NCBI GenBank assembly: GCA_032718475.1
Contig: JAUCBJ010005560.1
Location: 1 to 64,000 of the forward strand
Direction: 5' to 3'
DNA length: 64,000 bases
From: Nemertoderma westbladi
Taxonomy: Eukaryota; Animalia; Xenacoelomorpha
Part shown: positions 54,601 through 63,600 of the stretch, in pieces
Layout: each line of letters opens with the position of its first letter
How positions within the stretch are numbered: the first letter of the stretch is position 1
Position numbers and translations under genes: made by a program
Notes under the pieces: generated by a model
Seen by the model: the letters and a program-made list of their open reading frames with translations, nothing else
What the model was told of the DNA's origin: nothing
Databases searched by the model: none

Positions 54601-57600
54601 CCATACTGGCATACCCGTAGTTGGTAATTATCTAAGTAAATCTAAGTTATCTAAGTAGGCCTATGTATCTGTGTATATACAGTTTACTGTTTAGGTCCAT
54701 ACTGATACTGTACTACTACTCGGTCGAGCGTCGAGCGAACTCGGACAAAGTCGGATTAGGTCCATATCTGCAATTAATCTATATTAAATGTATTGTATTG
54801 TATTGTATTGTAGTGTATTCTAAATAAATAATAAAAAATTCTTAATAATAAAAAATAATTCAGTTAACTCCTGCTTGTTGTAGTCATACGTCATAATACC
54901 GGTAACCATAAACAAACTTTAGCATTTAGTTCTCTGTATTATCAGTGTATTATGTATTAGGCTAGTCTGTAGGCCTATGTATATTGGTAGGACAGTAGGA
55001 GGCCTTCAGTAACACTCGTAGATTATCCATTATATTTGTACAAAATATTATATTGCCGTTCCCGGTCACCGGTGTTCATATCAGCATATCTTTATATAGG
55101 CCTACTGATATAGAGACTGAGAGTGGCAGAGAGGTAGTCAGGTAGTGGCGTAGTGCCAGAGTGCTGTGCTGCTATCGGCTGTGAATAAATTCATGATGTA
55201 TTTATGGCGCCGTTGTAGAAATGGCCTATTTTAAAGCCATAGAAGATGGAAATATTATGAAAGTAAAAGCTGCTATCAGCAACATTCCCAATGTATTCGA
55301 CCCCAACCTCAAGAACAAGAACGGGGAGGCGGGTCTCCACATGGCGGCTGGGTACGGACATATCGAAGTAATCGAGTACCTCCACTCCCTCGGTGCGAAT
55401 CTCAACGTGCGAGACAACCACGGGGACAACGCAGTGTACTGGGCGGCCCGGCACGGCCATGTCGAGGTAATCCGATACCTGATAGACAACGGCGCGGAGC
55501 TAAACCATCAGGATAAGGAGGGCGAGTCTGCGCTGCACGTAGCCGGTCGCTACGGAAACGCTGAGGTTATCCGTTTCTGCGCGGCGCATTCCGGGACGCA
55601 ACTCGATCTGCAGGACGTCGACGGAGATTCCCCGCTGCACTGCGCGGCATGGCACGGCTACGCGACCGTGGCCACGGCCTTGTGCGACTCGGGGGCCCAA
55701 CTCAACGCGAAGAATAGAGACGGAGAATCCGCGTTAGCGATCGCGGCGGCCAGGGGATTCCTCGAGATCGTCGGGATTCTCGAGCAGTCCGGATGTAAGT
55801 TAGACCTGCAGGACCGGACCGGTTCCACCGCGGTCCATCTAGCGGCGCGTCGACGCCACGCCGAGATCGTCGAGTATCTGTCAGCGGCCGGTGCGGATCT
55901 ATCCGTGGCGGACCGTAACGGCGACACGGCGTTGCACACGGCGACCCGACTGGGGGACCTAGACGCCACCGAGTCGCTACTCCGAAACGGGGCCGATCCG
56001 AATCGCGCCAACCGTCACGGCGACCTCCCATTGCACCTCGGCGCGCGCGCCGGACACGCGGACCTCGCGCGCACCTTGGCGGTGGCCGGATCCGAGTTGG
56101 GACGGAAGAACTCGGCTGGATTGTCCGCGGAAGTCGTCGCCATGTCGGAGGGACACGACGAGATCGGGGAGCTCATCCAGAGCCTCCGACTGGAGGGGAA
56201 CCTCGGGTTCTACGCCTCGCAACTCCTCCCGAGTATCTCCTCGATCCCGCGGGTTAAACTCGTCGTCCTCGGGGACTCCGGGAGCGGCAAGTCGACGCTG
56301 ATCGAGTCGCTCCGCTCCGGGGTGCTGCGTTCCCTTCTCCGAGTCCCTTGGGCCGCTCTGAGTCGCTCCTTCGACGCGACGGCCTATAAACCCGGGTTGG
56401 ACTCCGTGGCGACGCGCGGTATCGATATCCGCTCCGTCTCGCTCCCAGGAGCCGGCGACTTCTCCGTCTGGGAGTTCCCCGGCTCCCCCTCCTACTCCTC
56501 AGTCTTCCATCACTTCCTCCTCGATCCCGTCGCTCTCTACCTCGTTCTTTTCCCGTTGACTCTGAAACCCGGGCAGCAACTGGCCGCCGTTCTCTATTGG
56601 CTGGGTTTATTGGTCGCTAAGCAACGCCGTGGACGCGTCATGTTGGTCGCAACGCACGGCGACGCCGCCGGTTGCCGTAGAGACGAGGAAACCGGGGAAC
56701 TGGTCAGTGATACTGCGGAGGCGGTGCTGCGGATGGCGAAGCGACGCCTCCTAGCTGCGGGTGTGGAGCAGCGCCCTCTAGCGGTGGGTGAGGGAGAGCG
56801 CCCTCTAGCGGCGGGTGTGGAGCAACGCCCCCTAGCGGTGGGTGAGGGACAGCGCCCTCTAGTGGGCGCAGACGAACAGCGCCCGGTGGCCTCGCAACCG
56901 TTCCGGGAGGGACTGGAGTTGGAGGACGAGGTGGCGGTGGTCGACGGCCGGGGTTCCCAAAGCCGCGAGTTACGTCGACTCCGTTCCCGTCTGCGCACCC
57001 TCCGTTGCGACCTCCTCAACCGCCAGCCGCCGCCCACACTCCTCGTTTCCGTTATCTCAACGTCGTTGCCGCAGTGGCGGCGCGTTCTCGCCGCCTTCCC
57101 GGTTATAACGTGGCGGCAGTTTGTGGCGGCGGTCCGCGCGAATATCAACCCGGTGGCGTGCGAGGGCCACCTCCGCGCGGCTGCCGCGGCATTGCGCGCC
57201 GCCGGGGAGATCATCACCTTTCCCGGGGTCGAACTGCTGGACGACTTGGTGGTTCTGGAGCCGCGATGGCTGTGCACCTCGGTTATCGGACGGCTGCTGG
57301 CCCCGGACACCGAGTGTCTGGACGATGGGGTTCTCAGCGTCGACGAGTTGGCTCGGCTGTTCGAGGAGGGCGCCCCCGCTAGAGGCGTCGACGTCTGGGA
57401 GCTCGCCCAACTGCTCGTCTCGTTGGACCTGTGCAACCCGACGGAAGGGGGCCGTCTCTACGAGTTCCCGTGTCTCAATCGGCTCCCCGCGGCCTACGGC
57501 GGCACTCTGTGGGAGTCCCAGCCCGGGCTGGTCTACGGGGGACTCAGACTCACCGTGTTCGGGGGCCCGTCGACCGCCCTCCCTCGTGGGGTCTTTCCTA

Positions 57601-60600
57601 AGGTCCAGGTCTACCTACAGCAGTTCGTGGACTCCCGTAGCAGTTCCGACGACGCCTCCATCTACATCTGGGCGAACGGCAGTAAACTAACAATCGGACA
57701 ACTCGAATCCTTGCTCTACATCGTCACTTACAACCACAACGCCCATATCGATATCGTAGTCCGCGGTCTACCCAACGAGTCTCATTCCTGTCTTATATTC
57801 CTGTTCGATATGGTATCCTTGGTGGACCAACTCATACTGGACAGCTACCCCGGATTGACTCTCATCCGATCGATCCTCTCAGCCAATCAGCTCGCCGAAC
57901 ACGCCCCCGTGGTCTACTCCTACCCCCCGGCGATGGTCCATCGCACCCTCCTTAGGGACGACTCTTTGTTCCTCAACGAGATCAACGACTACGTCGAACA
58001 GCTCCACGAACTCGTCGGGTTCGGCTCGCGAGCCACCGCGGCTCATCTGATGCCCGGGATGCGACTCCCGGCCAATCAGATGCCGTCGCGGTGTCTCACC
58101 GAGGTCTGTCGTCTACTGGACGCGCGGGACGCGCTGGGGAGGGACTGGTGTCTGTTAGCCGTCACTCTGCGGTTGACCAACGTGGTCCCCCGACTCATAG
58201 AGAGCGAGTTGGGCGAGTCACCCAGCGAGTTGGTGCTACGGGACTGGGCCCAGGACGACAGTCACACCATTGGGGAGCTCGTGTGTCGACTGCTCGAACT
58301 GGGGAGGGAGGACGTGGCCTTGGTCTTAATGTCGTTGACTCCATTGTTTAAGTATCACCGTGGAAACTGGTCGCCCAATAGGATTCGATTGAATGGCGGT
58401 CACAGCTGATAGGCGCATCTGATGTCAGCAGACATCAGCTGATGTCTGTCACAGCAGACATTCGTGTGAATGTCTGTCACAGCAGACATTCGTGTGAATG
58501 TCTGTCACAGCAGACATTCGTGTGAATGTCTGTCACAGCAGACATTCGTGTGAATGTCTGTCACAGCCGATATCCAATTCGGTTGAATCGCATAGCATAT
58601 TGTGATGTGCAGTCTTTAGTACTTTATCTTGTCTTGGTCAAGTAATGTCAATAATACCATAGATAATATTCGGCCCTTTTTTACGTATTTTTATTTATAT
58701 TGTATGTTTTGGATTATCTGGTGTTTTTGATAGTTTTTACTTTTATCACGGTATGTTTTGATCGTTTTTTTCCTACAGGCCTAGTACATATAATTGTATA
58801 GTAATTTGTGATATTTTTAAATAATTGTAACAAGTTGAGACAATCGGTCGTTTATTGTGTATAAATTGGTGGTTTATTTCATAGCTTATTTCATAAATAT
58901 ATATTTAGGTTTTTTTGTATAAACTATGTATTCTTTAATATTTATAGTGTGTATGGTTGTACTTGTACTTGTATTAGTATTATATTGTTTCTTTATTTAA
59001 CAGTGATGATATTCTCATACTTAATTTTGCCTTAAGTTCGTATATTACGTTAAAATTAGATTCGAAATAACGCAATAATAAATTGTAGAGGTCTCTAATG
59101 ACAATAAGGTATTAAGGTTATTAACATTTTGTTGAAGTTTCAAAGATTTGAAATCGACTTCACTACAGAAATCATATTGTTTTGTTACTGTATATGTACT
59201 TTATAGTTACTTTATTTACTGCTTTATTGATGTTCACTTCAGGTTACACGAATGCTACTTATGCAGTTAAAGATAAAAATGTCATCATTCAAAGTCAAAC
59301 AACATTCATTATTATCATTGCATGCTATTAAGATCAGTTAACAGCATTACGTTACGAGCCTCGGTTTCGTTATTGCACTCGCCCCGCTCGTAATGATGTC
59401 CATAGTAGGGCCTGAAGCGGTTAATTTTTCCGTCAACCGGTTAACCATTTCCAATTCACCGGTTAAAAAGTAGAAATGTTTGTTTTATGTTGAAAAAGAA
59501 GTATGAATTAGGCCCACCTAGACCTACAACCTATGGTGCAGTGGTGCAACATACATACTACGGTACATACTATGAAACTGAAAGTTATATCGCTGACAGT
59601 GCCGAAACTTAAGCTACAGTACCGGTATGTATATTTATTCCGTCTCTACTTGCTGCAATACTATTAAGTGCCTCTATAGCTCCATTGTGATAGAGCCACC
59701 AGTACTATAGTGTATTGTATGTATACTGTACTATTATTATTATGGATTATTATGTACTGTAGTTCTACAGCTGCATACACTACAAAATGAATTTCTGAAA
59801 CATCGCAATGGGAAATACACATAAAAAAGTTAATTAAGTTTGAAAGTTAATTAATCTGTAAACGACGGTACGATTTGTATATCTCGGATTGAACCAAACA
59901 GTTGTTGTCACGGACTGCACAAATAACAGCATTTGTCGATGCAGAAACTACTAAATAGTTTAGTAGTTTACTTAATAGTTAGTTAGTTTACTAAATAGTA
60001 TGTAAGGGAAGTCTATGTAAATGCACCACAGAACGGATACCTAAACTGACGTGCATCTCGCTAGCACTACAGTTTAGCTACTGAAACCAAACAGCCGTGT
60101 AACTGAATTTGTTAAGGCAACTTTAAGACTGTTAAATATCCATTGACTGCAATAGACATCGGCCCAAAGTGCATTACAATAAATATTACAACAGTAGCTA
60201 TTGAAAAGTCGAAGTTTAACTAGTTTACTGCAGTTACTGAATTTACGAATAATAATATTAGCACGGGAATACATTAATCTAGTCTGGGCTTTAATATCTA
60301 CGTCATCAGAAAAGTCTGGGGTGACGTAATGCCCTAAGTATTTAAACTTGTTGACGACTTCTAATATATTACCATCCAATGTGAAGTTCGTATGGGTTCT
60401 AGAGATATAGTATATATTGAAGAATCTCGGAGACAGGATACGGTTTCGATAGTGCTCCGTCCCATCTGACATAAATTACCTGATTTTTGTACCAGAATAA
60501 AATAATTATAAGTAAAAATAATGGAATGCCCCGCTCATAGAGGCGGGTAAAAAGAATAGATAAATCAACAGTATCAAATGATTTAGTAGCGTCCAAGAAC

Positions 60601-63600
60601 GCTGCATGGACATTGGAACCATTAAGCAGGTAGTCATTAATAACCTCTTTAAGAGAGTAAGTGCGCATTTCGATACCAAGTTTACGTTTAAAGCCAAATT
60701 GATAATCGGTTGTAAATAAATACAATTCAATTCTAAATTGAATAATTATTTCATACAGTTTACTAATAATGCTCGATAAGGAGACCGGCCTGTAATTGTT
60801 ATTATCAGACTTATCTCCTGTCTTATCTTTTTTTAATTTGAACAACAATTGTGGAAATCATCCATTTTGGTAAAAAAAAACCATGTACATTAAAAGAACT
60901 AAAAAGCAATGATAAAAATATAAAAAATATAACCAGAATTTTAGGACCATTTACAATATGTTCGGCATAGATACCATCCTCGCCAGAAGACTTAATGCTC
61001 CTTCAAATACCGTATTGCAGTTTCCGTTTCGTCAATATTAAAAATCATGTCATTATTAAAAACTAAGTTACTAAAACGTCTATTAAAATCATAAAACTCA
61101 TGCTCATTTATGAAATTAGTCATAAATGTCATTTTAAAAAAGTCAGCTATAAATAACTATATACGTCATTGTTCATATTATAGCACATTATAGCGTTACG
61201 GCACGAGTGATTTTGTTTCGCGAGCGACAGCGAGGGAAATAATAGAACGAGGGCCGTAAAAGCTTTAATGTGCAAATTATGAACAATGGCGAATCTAATT
61301 TTATTTATTTGTGTGGAATTATTTGTAGTTATGCACTTAAACTTTCTAGAACAACCTAATAATGACGCGGTGACATACTGGATATAGGGGACCTACTGGA
61401 AATACAGTAAAATGTGTGGCGTAGGGACATTCTGAGAAATAATGTCGCACTGGCGATTTGGTAGTGCGAAATTAATTCCACAAAAATAAATAAAATAATT
61501 TACTGTACCGAGGTAATAAATGCTTTTTAATGGACCTCAATGTCAATATGTCCCCCTCCAAATGACTGAACTTTGAATTACCTGATAGACTGTTCGTGAG
61601 CTATAAATATAAATTATCCCCTCTATTTTTCCTATTAATAGCTGACCTCGACCTCCTTCTGGTTATTCTGTGTGTTTACGGAAATGTCGTCGGTTGACCT
61701 GCTTGATTTGCAAGTGTTTTATTTTATGTAGTGGCTTTACTTATCCCAAGGGCTCGTCTGACCTGTCTCCCACAAGTAGCACCCCACCCCACCCCCCCCC
61801 CCCCCCCCCCCCCCCTCTCCCTCTCACAGATTTCGGTTAGCTACTTGTTTTAGTTAAGAAATGTACATAAATAATTGCAACAACTAATAGTTGCTCGTGA
61901 AGGGAGCTGAAACTAGATCCTGAAACAGTTACTGCCTGAAAAATAACATGGTTATTGTTTAATTGCCTCTCTGGAATCAGTTTAAACATAATTTTGCTTT
62001 CCCCCCAGTTTTTCAGATGGGAATTATAATTTACAATGCCATCTGATTAGGCCTCTGTAATGAATTGAATTTCAAAGGGAAGTAAAATGGTAATATATTA
62101 ATTCACATCTGCCCATCATATTTTGTTGATGGAAACATGTCTGGTGATCTGAGACGTATCACAATCACATTCGATTTAATTTGAATATTTATTTTCTTTA
62201 TATGGTATAGCTTTATGTCTTTTATATTGATTATGGGCTGAGTATTTTTTTTAACAATCAAGTTAAATTAACTAACTCTAAACAAATTTGATCCTTTTCT
62301 TCGGGGTGACATAAAAGTGCATATAGTAGATTTAGTTTGAATAAAAACGCCGAGTAAAAATATGTAGCCTTCTATAGCTTATGCTTTAACCTAAACCTTT
62401 AACATTGATGATATTTCTCGACACACAGATCTTATTATAGCTAATTTCATAACTACCTGGCATTCCTGATTCACAGTTTTAAAACCTCAAACATAAGTCA
62501 TAATCTATGATCCGGATTTAAACGAACTATCGTCTTTCACTCTACTATGCGCCAACACTGGCCTGGTATACCTGATTGACTGATTCCCATTCTGCCCTTT
62601 ATCCTGTCACTTTTCTCCTACACACTTTTGCCCTGCCCCCCTTTCTCCTACCTCCACATGCCCCCTTCTCCTACATTCCTCGTGCCCTTCTCACATCACT
62701 TACCACCCCCCCCCCCCCCGCCCTTGTCACTAATCTCAATTCAATTCGTCTTTAGGTTATCAGTTTGGAAAGAGAAGTTGATGAAGTTCGGAATACCGTA
62801 CGAACTACCGAGTTGCAACTTAATTCTAAAGAAGACACCTTGGGAAGTTTCAAACGACAATTAGAAGACACACAGTACAATCTAACGTCGGTTGAAATGG
62901 AGTTGAAAAGATCTGAAGAAACTGTCGGTTAGTTACTAGAATATTAAATTACATAAACATAAATTACCGAATTATTCTGACAATATATCCTCAGTACTGT
63001 AATGCACTTTTAGTTTATATTATAACAAGGGTATATAAGAGTACATCCGTACCTTCTTAGATATTAATAATAATACTATGTTGGGCATTATTGAAAAACC
63101 ATTATACGTTACGCACGGAATTTGACAGTTGCAGGCTCAAAGAATTTTGATATAAACAAGTAAATTTGTTTCACATTGCATACCTTTAGTGCTAAATTAG
63201 GACATCGACATCAGTAAGGTGATCAACAAAAAACTGGATCACTATCTGATTAGATTCAAGATTTTTACCAAGGAAAATTTCGTTATGCACGGACTGAGGA
63301 AAATATATAATTTCTTAAACAATCTTTTGTTGGGTCATATCGGTCGGGTTTATCTAGGTATAGAGAGATAATTTTATACCTGTGTAATTTGCAACACAAA
63401 ATTTAAATTTTAAAATTGCAGGTAAACTGACCAGTGAAGTGGCAGCGCGAAAAGTCCGTGAGGAAACTTTACAGGAGTCAATAACCTCAAAGGAGTCCAC
63501 AATAAAGGACATGAAGACGGAATGTGATGACATCAGAAATGATTTGAACGACACTTTACACAAGTTGTCTCAAAGAGACGAAACTCTAAAGAAAGTTCAT

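Noticed and set aside
50137-55221. In-frame fusion of host exon 12 to the DAPK-like ORF via the AG at 55217-55218
   Set aside because: Exon 12 ends in phase 0 but the acceptor leaves 2 nt before the ATG, so the join is out of frame.
55191-58351. Antisense and alternate-frame ORFs within the DAPK-like gene
   Set aside because: Expected shadows of a GC-rich CDS; no recognisable domains.
1968-58409. Bacterial or viral origin for the intronless genes
   Set aside because: TAF10, SAP30, MAK16, FERD3L and DAPK-like are eukaryote- or animal-specific and are interleaved with spliceosomal exons, SINEs and LINEs.
61168-61289. Imperfect ~120-bp hairpin as a candidate miRNA or ncRNA
   Set aside because: The arms pair (CATTGTTCATA..GCACATTA) but it abuts a LINE remnant and looks like a small MITE core; nothing supports an RNA gene.
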